DNA of 64,000 nucleotides from Alistipes sp. (lineage in GTDB: Bacteria; Bacteroidota; Bacteroidia; Bacteroidales; Rikenellaceae), in assembly GCA_021202985.1 (NCBI GenBank), contig JAJQCA010000072.1, forward strand, positions 8,681 through 72,680, in the 5' to 3' direction. The position numbers and the translations under genes are program-made. Within the stretch, counting starts at the first letter, position 1, and each line of letters starts with the position of its first letter. The notes under the pieces were generated by a model. The model saw only the letters and a program-made list of their open reading frames with translations. It was not told the origin of the DNA and made no database searches. Of this stretch, positions 38,147 through 47,476 are shown piece by piece.

Positions 38147-38527
38147 ATCTTCCGGTTTAATTCGGTTTCGTTTCTTTACGGATGCAAAGATAACCAACCG
38201 GTGGCGTTTTGCAAACCTCGGCGGAGTCGATTTACGCGACAACAGCAGGTACCTTATATATGCCGGCAGTGGAAATTCCGGCCGTGCCCGGAATACTTTA
38301 TATGCCAATGACAGATTCCCGCTCCCGCTCCGATTTCTCCTGGTTCGTAGCGACACCGATAAAAATGACAATCTCCCACTCGCCAACCCGCACGGAAACG
38401 ATGTTTGTATATAATTTTTGACGGTGACGGGCAAATCCGTTACATTTTCCATTGCCGGCAAGGCGCTATTAGGAAATAGGGGCAAAATGTCGTAAAATTG
38501 CACCATATTAGGAATAAAAAGATTTTT

Positions 38528-40969
38528 ATGAAGGTTTTGAAGTTCGGCGGTTCGTCCGTGGGGACGGCCGACGCTGTGAGAAAGGTGAGTGATATAGTTT
38601 CGGGATGTACCGGGGAGGGTACGATAGTGGTCGTTTCGGCGCTTCGCGGCATAACCGACCAGCTGCTCTCCACAGCCCGCATGGCGCTCACGGGGGATGT
38701 GGGATACAAAGCCGAACTCGACACGATGGTGGCCCGCCACAGGGAGCTGTGCGCCGAAGTGGTGCCGGACGATACGCAGGCAGGGGTCTCCGCACGGCTG
38801 GAGGCCATGTTCGACGAGCTGACCAACATCCTGAAAGGCGTCTACCTAATCCGCGACCTGTCGCAGAAAACCACGGACGCCGTGCTGAGTTACGGCGAGC
38901 GGATGTCGTCGGTGATAGTGCACGGCGCCATAACCGGTTCGGGGCTAGTGGACGCGCGGGATATAATAAAGACCCGGCCCTACTTCCATAAACACGTTAT
39001 AGATTTCAAGGCCACCGACAGGCTTATACTCGAGGCTTTCCCGGGAGGTCGCGAGCAGGTCACCGTTGTGCCGGGTTACATCGCTTCGGACCTCGACACG
39101 GGAGACGTCACCACGCTGGGACGCGGCGGTTCGGACTACACGGCGGCCGTTATCGCGGCGGCCGTCGACGCATCGGTGCTGGAGATATGGACCGACGTGG
39201 ACGGCTTTATGACGGCCGACCCGAAGATGGTGGCGAGCGCCTATGTAATCGAAAAGCTGAGTTACGTGGAAGCCATCGAGTTGTGTAACTTCGGGGCCAA
39301 GGTCATCTACCCCCCAACCATATTCCCGGTTTTCCACAAGGGCATACCCATCATCGTAAAGAATACATTCAACCCCGGGTCACCGGGTACGTACATATCG
39401 AGCGAGAAGGTGGTCGGCTCCAACAAGGCCATCAAAGGTATCTCGTCGGTTGCCGACTCGTGCCTTATTACAGTGCAGGGCCTGGGGATGGTGGGCATCA
39501 TAGGGGTCAACTACCGGATATTCAAGAGCCTTGCAAAGGCGGGGATAAGCGTATTTTTCGTCTCGCAGGCCGCCTCGGAGAACAATACGTCCATAGGGGT
39601 CAACGCGCTGGACGCCGACAAGGCGGTAGAAGTGCTCTCGCAGGAGTTCGCGCTGGAAATAGTCCAGGGTGAAATAAACCCGGTAAAGCGGGAATGCGGC
39701 CTGGCTACGGTAGCTATCGTAGGCGAAAATATGCGCCTCACTCCCGGTATCGCCGGCAAGCTGTTCGGTACACTCGGGCGTAACGGCATCAACGTGATTG
39801 CTTGCGCACAGGGTGCCTCGGAGACCAATATTTCGTTCGTAGTGCAGGAGAAGAGCCTGCGTAAAGCCATGAACGTTATCCACGATTCGTTCTTCCTGTC
39901 GGAGTACCAGGTTCTCAATATCTTCATAGCCGGCATCGGGCTTGTGGGTGCCAGCCTGCTGGAGCAGCTTCGCTTACAGCAACCCACGCTGCTGAAGGAA
40001 AACCAGTTGCAGGTGAACGTGGTGGGTATAACCAATTCACGAAAATTCATAACCGACCGAAAAGGTATCGACCTGTCTGATTACCGCAACCAGCTGGAGC
40101 GCGAAGGCCGTGCATCGTCACCGGAGCTGTTCCGGGACGAGATGGTGCGGATGAACATATTCAACTCCGTGTTCGTGGACTGTACGGCCAGCGCCGAGGT
40201 GGCCTCTATTTACCAGGCATTGCTCGAAAAAAACATTTCGGTGGTGACGGCCAACAAGATAGCCGCTTCCGACCGTTATGAGGTGTATGACAGCCTACGG
40301 CAGACCGCGAGGCGCAGGGGTGTGAAATTCCTTTTCGAGACCAATGTCGGGGCGGGGCTTCCGATTATAAATACCATCTGCGACCTGCGCAACAGCGGCG
40401 ACCGTATAAACCGTATCGAAGCGGTTATTTCGGGAACCCTGAATTATATTTTCAACGTTATGGACGAGAGGATTTCGTTCAGCAGGGCCATCCGTATGGC
40501 GCAGGAGGAAGGTTACGCCGAGCCTGACCCGAGGGTCGACCTGAGCGGCAAGGACGTAATCCGCAAACTTGTGATACTCTCGCGCGAGGCCGGTTACCGG
40601 CTGGAGCAGGACGAGGTAAAGGCAAACCTGTTCATTCCGGACCGATATTTCGAAGGAAGCGTCGAGGATTTCTGGAAGGCGATTCCGCAGTTGGACGCCG
40701 AGTTCGAAGCACGGCGCAGGGAGTTGGAAGCGCGCGGTTGCCGTCTGCGCTTCGTAGCGGTGCTGGATAAGGGAAAGGCCGAGGTCGGCCTGCGGGAAGT
40801 GGATTCCTCCAGCCCGTTCTACGAACTGGCGGGAAGCAACAACGTAATATCACTTACCACCGAACGGTACAAGGAATACCCGATGCAAATCAAAGGCTAC
40901 GGCGCCGGCGAGGCCGTTACCGCCGCCGGGGTATTCGCCGATATAATAAGCATCGCCAATATACGATGA
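38528..40969 (+). CDS. thrA: bifunctional aspartokinase / homoserine dehydrogenase I
   Basis: MKVLKFGGSSVG kinase N-terminus, ACT region and a C-terminal homoserine dehydrogenase domain. 813 aa from the ATG at 38528. Confidence 0.9.
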   Translation: MKVLKFGGSSVGTADAVRKVSDIVSGCTGEGTIVVVSALRGITDQLLSTARMALTGDVGYKAELDTMVARHRELCAEVVPDDTQAGVSARLEAMFDELTNILKGVYLIRDLSQKTTDAVLSYGERMSSVIVHGAITGSGLVDARDIIKTRPYFHKHVIDFKATDRLILEAFPGGREQVTVVPGYIASDLDTGDVTTLGRGGSDYTAAVIAAAVDASVLEIWTDVDGFMTADPKMVASAYVIEKLSYVEAIELCNFGAKVIYPPTIFPVFHKGIPIIVKNTFNPGSPGTYISSEKVVGSNKAIKGISSVADSCLITVQGLGMVGIIGVNYRIFKSLAKAGISVFFVSQAASENNTSIGVNALDADKAVEVLSQEFALEIVQGEINPVKRECGLATVAIVGENMRLTPGIAGKLFGTLGRNGINVIACAQGASETNISFVVQEKSLRKAMNVIHDSFFLSEYQVLNIFIAGIGLVGASLLEQLRLQQPTLLKENQLQVNVVGITNSRKFITDRKGIDLSDYRNQLEREGRASSPELFRDEMVRMNIFNSVFVDCTASAEVASIYQALLEKNISVVTANKIAASDRYEVYDSLRQTARRRGVKFLFETNVGAGLPIINTICDLRNSGDRINRIEAVISGTLNYIFNVMDERISFSRAIRMAQEEGYAEPDPRVDLSGKDVIRKLVILSREAGYRLEQDEVKANLFIPDRYFEGSVEDFWKAIPQLDAEFEARRRELEARGCRLRFVAVLDKGKAEVGLREVDSSSPFYELAGSNNVISLTTERYKEYPMQIKGYGAGEAVTAAGVFADIISIANIR

Positions 40970-41242
40970 CTTCTGCCGTTTCCGGCATACGGTACCAGGG
41001 ACAGCAAAACCCGGAGGCCTCCGGAAGACCGGATTTCATTGCCCCCGATTCATCCGAAACCGGAAGAGGGCAGGGTATTTGCCGGTTCAGGGGACGGGCG
41101 GCTATTATGCCGGCACCGGACCCGGTCCGGGCCTGTGGCGCGGGGAGTTGGCATTATAGGTGAGTGCCTGTAGTGTAGAACAAGCCCCATGTTGTCGTCC
41201 GGAGCGGCGATACCGGCGGGCCGGTGATAATCTGAAAAAGAG

Positions 41243-42589
41243 ATGAAATACATTATAATACTCGGGGACGGAATGGCCGACGAGCCTGTCGAACGGCTCA
41301 GCGGGCTTACCCCGTTGCAGGCCGCCGAAACCCCGTACATGGATATGCTTGCCGCACGGGGACGTTCCGGTATGCTCGACACCATTCCTGAAGGATTCTC
41401 GCCCGGTAGCGAAATAGCCAACCTGTCGGTGCTCGGTTACGATGTGGCCGAGGTTTATGAAGGGCGCGGTTCGCTCGAAGCGGCCAGTATGGGAATAAAA
41501 ATCGACGATGGCGAAACGGCAATGCGCTGTAACCTGATAACCGTCGAGGACGGCCGCATACTCAACCACTCGGCAGGCCATATATCGAGCGAAGAAGCCG
41601 CAGAGCTGATGCGGTACCTGCAATCGGAACTGGGCGGCATTCCCGGCCCCCACGGCCTTAAGGCCAGTTTCCATCCCGGCGTATCATACCGCCACCTGCT
41701 GAAAATAGTGGGCGGCGACAAACGGGTAGTGTGCCACCCTCCCCACGACCACCTCGACGAACCGTTCGCGGATTTACTGCCCAAGCCCGACGGGCAGGCA
41801 GACCGTAATGTAAAACCGGCCTCCGAAATCACCGATACAAAAGAAAGCGGGGATAAAATAGCTACCCCGCAAAGCCCGCAGGATTGCAACCACACAAGGG
41901 AATCCGGCCCCGCGGACACCGGTCCGTCTCGGACAGCCGCTTACCTGCGTTACCTTATACTCGAATCGCAAAGGCTTCTTGCCCGGCATCCGGTAAACCT
42001 GCGCCGGATTGCGGAAGGTAAGAAACCGGCAAACTCGATATGGCCCTGGTCGCCGGGCTACCGCCCCCGTATGGAGACCCTCCCGGCGCGTTACGGGCTG
42101 GGCAGGTGCGCCGTGATATCGGCCGTCGACCTCATAAAAGGTATAGGCGTTTACGCCGGGGCGGAAGTTATCGAGGTCGAAGGCGCGACCGGCCTGCACG
42201 ACACCAATTACGAGGGTAAAGCCGCCGCCGCACTCGAGGCTTTGCGGGATTCGGATTTCGTTTTCCTCCATATAGAGGCGAGCGACGAAGCGGGACATGA
42301 AGGAGACGCCGAACTTAAGGTTAAGACAATCGAATATCTGGACAGGAGGGTATTGAAAACCATCGTCGACGAGGTCTCCACCTGGGACGAAAGCGTACGC
42401 ATCGCCGTCCTTCCGGACCACCCCACCCCCTGCGCAATCCGCACCCACACGGCCAAACCGGTGCCATTCCTCATCTGGGACCGTGATATGCTGCCCGATG
42501 CCGTAACACGGTACGACGAGGAAGCGGCACGTGAGGGTTCGTACGGATTGATAAAGGGCGGCGAGTTTATGAAAACCCTTCTATCCTGA
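41243..42589 (+). CDS. cofactor-independent phosphoglycerate mutase-like (ApgM family) protein; probable non-canonical homoserine kinase
   Basis: MKYIIILGDGMAD...PLQAA.TP.MD, alkaline-phosphatase-superfamily metal sites (EASDEAGHEGD, LPDHPTP). Located between thrA and thrC. Carries a ~50-aa low-complexity insertion. Confidence 0.75.
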   Translation: MKYIIILGDGMADEPVERLSGLTPLQAAETPYMDMLAARGRSGMLDTIPEGFSPGSEIANLSVLGYDVAEVYEGRGSLEAASMGIKIDDGETAMRCNLITVEDGRILNHSAGHISSEEAAELMRYLQSELGGIPGPHGLKASFHPGVSYRHLLKIVGGDKRVVCHPPHDHLDEPFADLLPKPDGQADRNVKPASEITDTKESGDKIATPQSPQDCNHTRESGPADTGPSRTAAYLRYLILESQRLLARHPVNLRRIAEGKKPANSIWPWSPGYRPRMETLPARYGLGRCAVISAVDLIKGIGVYAGAEVIEVEGATGLHDTNYEGKAAAALEALRDSDFVFLHIEASDEAGHEGDAELKVKTIEYLDRRVLKTIVDEVSTWDESVRIAVLPDHPTPCAIRTHTAKPVPFLIWDRDMLPDAVTRYDEEAAREGSYGLIKGGEFMKTLLS

Positions 42590-42639
42590 GTTGTGACTCA
42601 CCTGAATATCCCTACTTTTTAAAAGACCACAAACTGAAA

Positions 42640-43941
42640 ATGAAATATTACAGCACCAACCAAACGGCTCCGCAGGCCGGCCTGCGACAGGCGGTCACGG
42701 AAGGCCTCGCCCCCGACAAGGGACTGTACATGCCGGAGCGGATACGACGGCTTCCGGACGAATTTTTCGAGCGTATCGACCGGCTCGGTTTCCATGAAAT
42801 AGCCAAAACGGTAGCTTCGGCCTTCTTCGGGGACGATATACCGCAGGCTGAACTCGACCGCATCGTGGATGCGACCCTCTGTTTCGATACGCCGGTTGTG
42901 CATGTCGGTGGGGAAATATGGTCGCTGGAGCTGTTCCACGGGCCGACGGCGGCGTTTAAGGATGTGGGGGCCCGGTTTATGGCCCGGATGCTGGGCCATT
43001 TTACGCACGGCGAGGCCGGCCGGATTACCGTGCTGGTAGCCACCTCCGGAGATACCGGAAGCGCGGTAGCCAACGGGTTCCTCGGGGTGGAGGGAATTGA
43101 CGTGGTGGTCCTTTATCCCAAGGGCAAGGTAAGCGATTTGCAGGAGAAGCAGTTCACTACCCTCGGGCAGAATATCACGGCGATTGAAATCGACGGCACT
43201 TTCGACGACTGCCAAAGGCTTGTCAAGCATGCCTTTATGGATTCCGACCTCAAGACCCGCTTGACCCTCACTTCGGCCAATTCCATTAACGTGGCCCGTT
43301 TCCTGCCCCAGTCGTTCTACTATTTCCATGCCTATGCGCAGATGAAGCGGGCGGGTAAAGGCGACGGGCTGGTCTTCGCCGTTCCCAGCGGGAATTTCGG
43401 CAACCTTACCGCGGGATTGTTCGCAATGCGGATGGGCCTCCCCGTGCGGAGGTTTATCGCGGCGAACAACCGCAACGATGTTTTCCTCGAATACCTGCGG
43501 ACCGGCGTTTACACTCCCCGCCCGTCGGTGGAGACGGTGGCTAATGCGATGGACGTAGGCGACCCGAGTAATTTCGCCCGCATACTGGACCTTTACGCCA
43601 ACGATGTGGAAGCAATCCGCCGGGATATTTCGGCATTCCGTTACGACGACGGGCAGATTACGCAGTGCATCGGACGCGTGCACAGTTCCACTGGGTATAC
43701 CCTCGACCCCCACGGGGCCTGCGGTTACCTGGCCCTCGAAGAGGGTTTACATGATGGAGAACACGGCGTGCTGCTCGAAACAGCCCACCCGGCCAAATTC
43801 GGCCATACGGTGGAGGCGGCTATCGGCGGCGAGGTTCCGCTCCCCCGGTCGCTCGAAGGGTTCGTCGGGAAACAGAAGCAAAGCGTTCCCCTCGGGCCGG
43901 ATTACGACGGTTTCCGGAAGTGGCTGACCGGCCGCGGTTAA
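42640..43941 (+). CDS. thrC: threonine synthase
   Basis: The PLP-lysine motif FHGPTAAFKDVG and GNFGN are typical of long-form ThrC. Confidence 0.9.
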   Translation: MKYYSTNQTAPQAGLRQAVTEGLAPDKGLYMPERIRRLPDEFFERIDRLGFHEIAKTVASAFFGDDIPQAELDRIVDATLCFDTPVVHVGGEIWSLELFHGPTAAFKDVGARFMARMLGHFTHGEAGRITVLVATSGDTGSAVANGFLGVEGIDVVVLYPKGKVSDLQEKQFTTLGQNITAIEIDGTFDDCQRLVKHAFMDSDLKTRLTLTSANSINVARFLPQSFYYFHAYAQMKRAGKGDGLVFAVPSGNFGNLTAGLFAMRMGLPVRRFIAANNRNDVFLEYLRTGVYTPRPSVETVANAMDVGDPSNFARILDLYANDVEAIRRDISAFRYDDGQITQCIGRVHSSTGYTLDPHGACGYLALEEGLHDGEHGVLLETAHPAKFGHTVEAAIGGEVPLPRSLEGFVGKQKQSVPLGPDYDGFRKWLTGRG

Positions 43942-44126
43942 TCGGGGGTATGTGCGAGGAATGGAGGGTGTACAAAAATCTGGACGTATTCTCCCATGGG
44001 TTCAGAATACAAACAACTTATAATTCTGAGGTCTTCCAATATTCATGACCCCGGAGGAATTTCATTTCCTCGGCGGTATTTGTTATTACTGAGAACCATA
44101 TACAATGCAGAGATACGGTAACGAAT

Positions 44127-44160
44127 TATGGCCGCGCAGGTGCGCGGCCATAATTTTCTT
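44127..44160 (+). terminator. rho-independent terminator downstream of thrC
   Basis: tatggccgcgca / ggt / gcgcggccata, followed by attttctt. Confidence 0.65.
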
Positions 44161-44283
44161 ACAGGGTGCCTTGTACAAAACTCCGGGCAAGGTACGAAAA
44201 GCCCGGACCCTGAGTGAAGCCTATTGAATACGCCGTGGTGTAAACCGGTGGACCGACGGTTTTCCTGCCGCGGTAACGCGATT

Positions 44284-44844
44284 CTATTCCTGTGCAGCGC
44301 GCTGGTTTACGAACCCTTCGGCAATCTTGGTAAGCGATACATCGGTATACTTTTCATTATCGAGAATGCTTTCGAGCATCGTCACGACCCGCTTGTTGTT
44401 CATATAACCGGCGAAAATCCGGAGCGTACCGTAGGTGGCAATCTCATAATGCTCGGCTTTCTGCGCGGCAAGGATAAGCGCTGCGTCGCGAACGAACGAA
44501 TCCTTTTCCGTATCGCGGATAACTTCGTCCGCTTCCGTGAGAAGTCCGTGCATTGCCGGGCATTTTTTTGCCCGCGGGGTTTCACCGAGTATACCGAACA
44601 CCTTCTCGACGATCGATATATGCTGGTTGGTCTCGGCCGTATGCTTCTCGAACGCGACTTTAACATCCTCGCTGGTGGCGGCGCGTTTCATTTTGGGGAG
44701 CGATTTAGCAAGGTGCTTTTCTGCCCAGTAGATGTCTTTCAACTCGTCCACGAAGAATTTCTTGAACTCCTGTCCCCTCTGCTGTTTAGCAGTTGTGGCG
44801 GCCGGACGCGCTGTCCGGGGGGCGGTCTTTGTAATTGTTGCCAT
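44284..44844 (-). CDS. ferritin-like DUF892 (YciE/YciF-like) protein
   Basis: FFVDELKDIYWAEKHL...KM...HL.ET..H...VE is the typical DUF892 layout. 186 aa. Confidence 0.75.
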   Translation of the reverse strand: MATITKTAPRTARPAATTAKQQRGQEFKKFFVDELKDIYWAEKHLAKSLPKMKRAATSEDVKVAFEKHTAETNQHISIVEKVFGILGETPRAKKCPAMHGLLTEADEVIRDTEKDSFVRDAALILAAQKAEHYEIATYGTLRIFAGYMNNKRVVTMLESILDNEKYTDVSLTKIAEGFVNQRAAQE

Positions 44845-44968
44845 TTCAGAATTATATTAGTGTGATAGAGGACATTGACAAATTCCGTACCATCGTACCG
44901 GGGTGCGCTTTCCGTAATTGGCGGCGAAATACTAACTTTGCGGCTTACCATAACCGATACGACAAGAA

Positions 44969-45436
44969 ATGGATGCAATAAGGATAAGGCGTGCCACCCC
45001 CGGGGATTGCCCGCGGCTGCTGGAACTGGTGCGGGGCCTGGCCCTTTACGAGAAGGCCCCAGAGCAGGTTACTATTACCCCGGAGGAGTTCGAGCGGGCC
45101 GGGTTCGGCCCGGAGAAGGTCTGGGACTGTTTCGTCGCGGAATACCAGGGGAAGACCATAGGGTTCGCCCTTTACTATACGCGGTTCAGTACGTGGAAGG
45201 GCCGCCGGATTTACCTCGAGGACCTGTTCGTCGAACCCAAGTACCGCGGCCTGGGAGCGGGGAAACTGCTGTTCGAAGCCCTTATCGGGGAGACGCGACG
45301 GCTGGGCTTCGGCGGCATGGTATGGCAGGCGCTCGACTGGAACGCTCCGGCCCTCGCTTTCTACCGCCGTTACGGGGCATCTTTCGACAACGGCTGGGTC
45401 AACTGCTCCATCGACATACCTCCGGCGCATGAATAA
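44969..45436 (+). CDS. GNAT family N-acetyltransferase
   Basis: 155 aa, with the acetyl-CoA binding loop YRGLGAGKLLFEAL. Confidence 0.8.
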   Translation: MDAIRIRRATPGDCPRLLELVRGLALYEKAPEQVTITPEEFERAGFGPEKVWDCFVAEYQGKTIGFALYYTRFSTWKGRRIYLEDLFVEPKYRGLGAGKLLFEALIGETRRLGFGGMVWQALDWNAPALAFYRRYGASFDNGWVNCSIDIPPAHE

Positions 45437-46346
45437 AGCGACACTTAAAATCAGCCTTCTGGCCATACTGGCCTGTGTGATTTGGGGGTCGGCGTTTCCC
45501 GGGGCGAAGATAGGTTTCGAGTATACCGGCCCTATATTCCTGTCGGGCCTTCGGTTTACCCTTGCCGGCCTGCTGCTGGTACCGGTGATGCTGGTGCTCG
45601 GGGTGGATATGAAGGCGCCCTTCCGTTACTGGCGTTTCACCCTCGTGTTCGCGTTCCTGCAAACTTTCATGCAGTACGGTCTTTTCTTTATGGGGCTGGA
45701 CAAGGTACCCGCCTCCACCTCGGCTATCATAATCGGCGCCGGGCCGCTGTTCGTGGCCCTTATGGCGCATTTCACCCTTCGGGACGACCGGCTGACATGG
45801 CGTAAAATAGGCGCCATCGCCCTCGGTATATCAGGCGTTATATTCATAAGCCTGACAAAAGGCGGACTTGCGGACGGTACGGCTCCCGGGCGGTTTTACA
45901 CCGGTATCGCCCTGCTTATAGGCAGTAACCTTATGGGAAGCTATACAAATATTATGGTCGTAAAGAAGAAAGAGTACGGCATATCGCCCATAGCCCTTAC
46001 CTCGTTCGCCAACTTTACTGGAGGTCTCTTATTGCTCGTGGTAGGACTGATTGCTGAGAAACCCCAAACGGGGCCCTTCCCGGCGGAGTTCTACGGGGCG
46101 TTGTTGTGGCTGGCCCTGATACCCGCCACCGCGTTTTCGATATGGTACACCCTTCTCAACCGCCCGGACGTGAAGGTCTCCGAGCTGAATATCTGGAAAT
46201 TCGTCGTACCCGTCAGCGCATGTATCCTGAGCTGGATGCTTCTCCCGTCGGACCATCCCACGTGGCAGTCGCTTACCGGAATCGGAATTATTACCGCCGC
46301 CCTTTTCCTGTCACGGAAACCGGGGGCTAAACCTGCTAAAAAGTAG
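45429..46346 (+). CDS. DMT superfamily (EamA-like) transporter
   Basis: 305 aa with about 10 TM helices in two EamA repeats. 8-nt overlap with the GNAT gene. Confidence 0.8.
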   Translation: MNKATLKISLLAILACVIWGSAFPGAKIGFEYTGPIFLSGLRFTLAGLLLVPVMLVLGVDMKAPFRYWRFTLVFAFLQTFMQYGLFFMGLDKVPASTSAIIIGAGPLFVALMAHFTLRDDRLTWRKIGAIALGISGVIFISLTKGGLADGTAPGRFYTGIALLIGSNLMGSYTNIMVVKKKEYGISPIALTSFANFTGGLLLLVVGLIAEKPQTGPFPAEFYGALLWLALIPATAFSIWYTLLNRPDVKVSELNIWKFVVPVSACILSWMLLPSDHPTWQSLTGIGIITAALFLSRKPGAKPAKK

Positions 46347-46545
46347 ATCGTACCTCTCGTCCGGGACGACGTGAACCGACAAACGTGCGCCCTTAAATCC
46401 GCCTATAAGGCCGGCGAAAGCTGCTCAGGATAATCATCCGATTATTAGGAAAACAAAGAATCCTGGTTTTAAGGAGGTACGGTGAAACGGCCTCCGTTCC
46501 CCCATCGGGCCTACATGAGATTTACCGCCTCATTAAAAAGAAAAC

Positions 46546-46581
46546 AAAAAGGGTAAACCGCTCGGCGGTTTACCCTTTTTG
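46546..46581. terminator. bidirectional rho-independent terminator between convergent genes
   Basis: aaaaagggtaaaccg / ctcgg / cggtttaccctttttg: an A-run before and a T-run after a perfect stem. Confidence 0.75.
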
Positions 46582-46602
46582 TAAGCTTTCAGGCTCAATC
46601 CC

Positions 46603-47286
46603 CTATTCGTTCGGAATATGGGTCACCTCCTTGTGGCCGTCGTGTTTCTCCTTGATAACGGTTTCATCGTCGTGTTCGATAACCTTCAGGACATCCCTTT
46701 CACCGTCTTCTCTTACTTTCAGTACGTGGCGGTCGCCGTCTTCGCTCTCTTTGATTTTGATGAAGTCTCGCTCGTCGCCGATGTGCTGTTTGAATACCTC
46801 TTTATTATCGTTGTCCTTGAGCTTGAAGCTAACATGGGTTCCGTCGGCAAGCTGTGTACGCCATACTTCCTTGTTGGGGCCCATTTTCACTTTCCACTCG
46901 TTGTCGATTTTACGAAGGTCGTAATTGATATCTTCGGCGATACCGTCGTTGTAGTGATGGCGTACCACCACGTTTGCGGTGTTACCGTCTTTTGCCACGT
47001 TCTCGGAAACGACGTCCACCTTCTTAATACCGCCGTGACGGCGTACATGGTCGTCCACGTTATTACGGAGCATATCCGAGTAGCGCCTCTTGTCGCGGCG
47101 CATTTCCTGTCCGTCGAAATCGTTATCAGCTACCATACGATCCACCATATGGTCGTAGTTGCCGTCCCTGAGGTGCTCCGAATATTCACGGGCTGCTGCG
47201 CTGGCGCTCCTTTTTTTATTGTCGTGACAATTTGTGAATGCTACCACAGCCATGATAAGGATAGCGGGAATGAATAATTTTTTCAT
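46603..47286 (-). CDS. hypothetical lipoprotein with charged His/Asp/Glu-rich C-terminal repeats
   Basis: Signal MKKLFIPAILIMAVVAFTNC. C-terminal repeats DGDRHVLKVRE / DGERDVLKVIE / HDDETVIKEKH. The gene is AT-richer than its surroundings. Confidence 0.7.
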   Translation of the reverse strand: MKKLFIPAILIMAVVAFTNCHDNKKRSASAAAREYSEHLRDGNYDHMVDRMVADNDFDGQEMRRDKRRYSDMLRNNVDDHVRRHGGIKKVDVVSENVAKDGNTANVVVRHHYNDGIAEDINYDLRKIDNEWKVKMGPNKEVWRTQLADGTHVSFKLKDNDNKEVFKQHIGDERDFIKIKESEDGDRHVLKVREDGERDVLKVIEHDDETVIKEKHDGHKEVTHIPNE

Positions 47287-47476
47287 CTTCTTTATTTTTT
47301 GTAATACATCAATTGCGGTCTCCGGACCAAACTTTCCGTTACCGAAGTATTCAGATGTATTGCAAGAAACGAACCATCCCTTTTTGAAGAGTGAAAAATT
47401 TTAAACCCCGCATGTACCGCCGCATGTCGCGGAAAAGCACCCGGAACAACGGCACTAAACCGCTTACCGGCCTGCA

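Noticed and set aside
36230-38311. 693-aa plus-strand ORF.
   Set aside because: It runs antisense to fumC and the DUF5606 gene and across their spacer. Its Arg/Gly/Pro/His-rich composition is typical of shadow frames in GC-rich DNA, whereas fumC on the opposite strand has unambiguous signatures.
38365-38421. Candidate thr leader peptide MTISHSPTRTETMFVYNF upstream of thrA.
   Set aside because: It has only four scattered Thr and one Ile codon, not a run. I saw no convincing terminator/antiterminator pair before the thrA ATG, and the nearby promoter-like box (AAttTTTG) misses the consensus.
37703-38740. The full 345-aa minus-strand ORF as a single gene.
   Set aside because: Only the C-terminal 147 aa look protein-like. 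The N-terminal ~200 aa are Arg/His/Ser-rich read-through of the thrA upstream spacer and would overlap the thrA start region.
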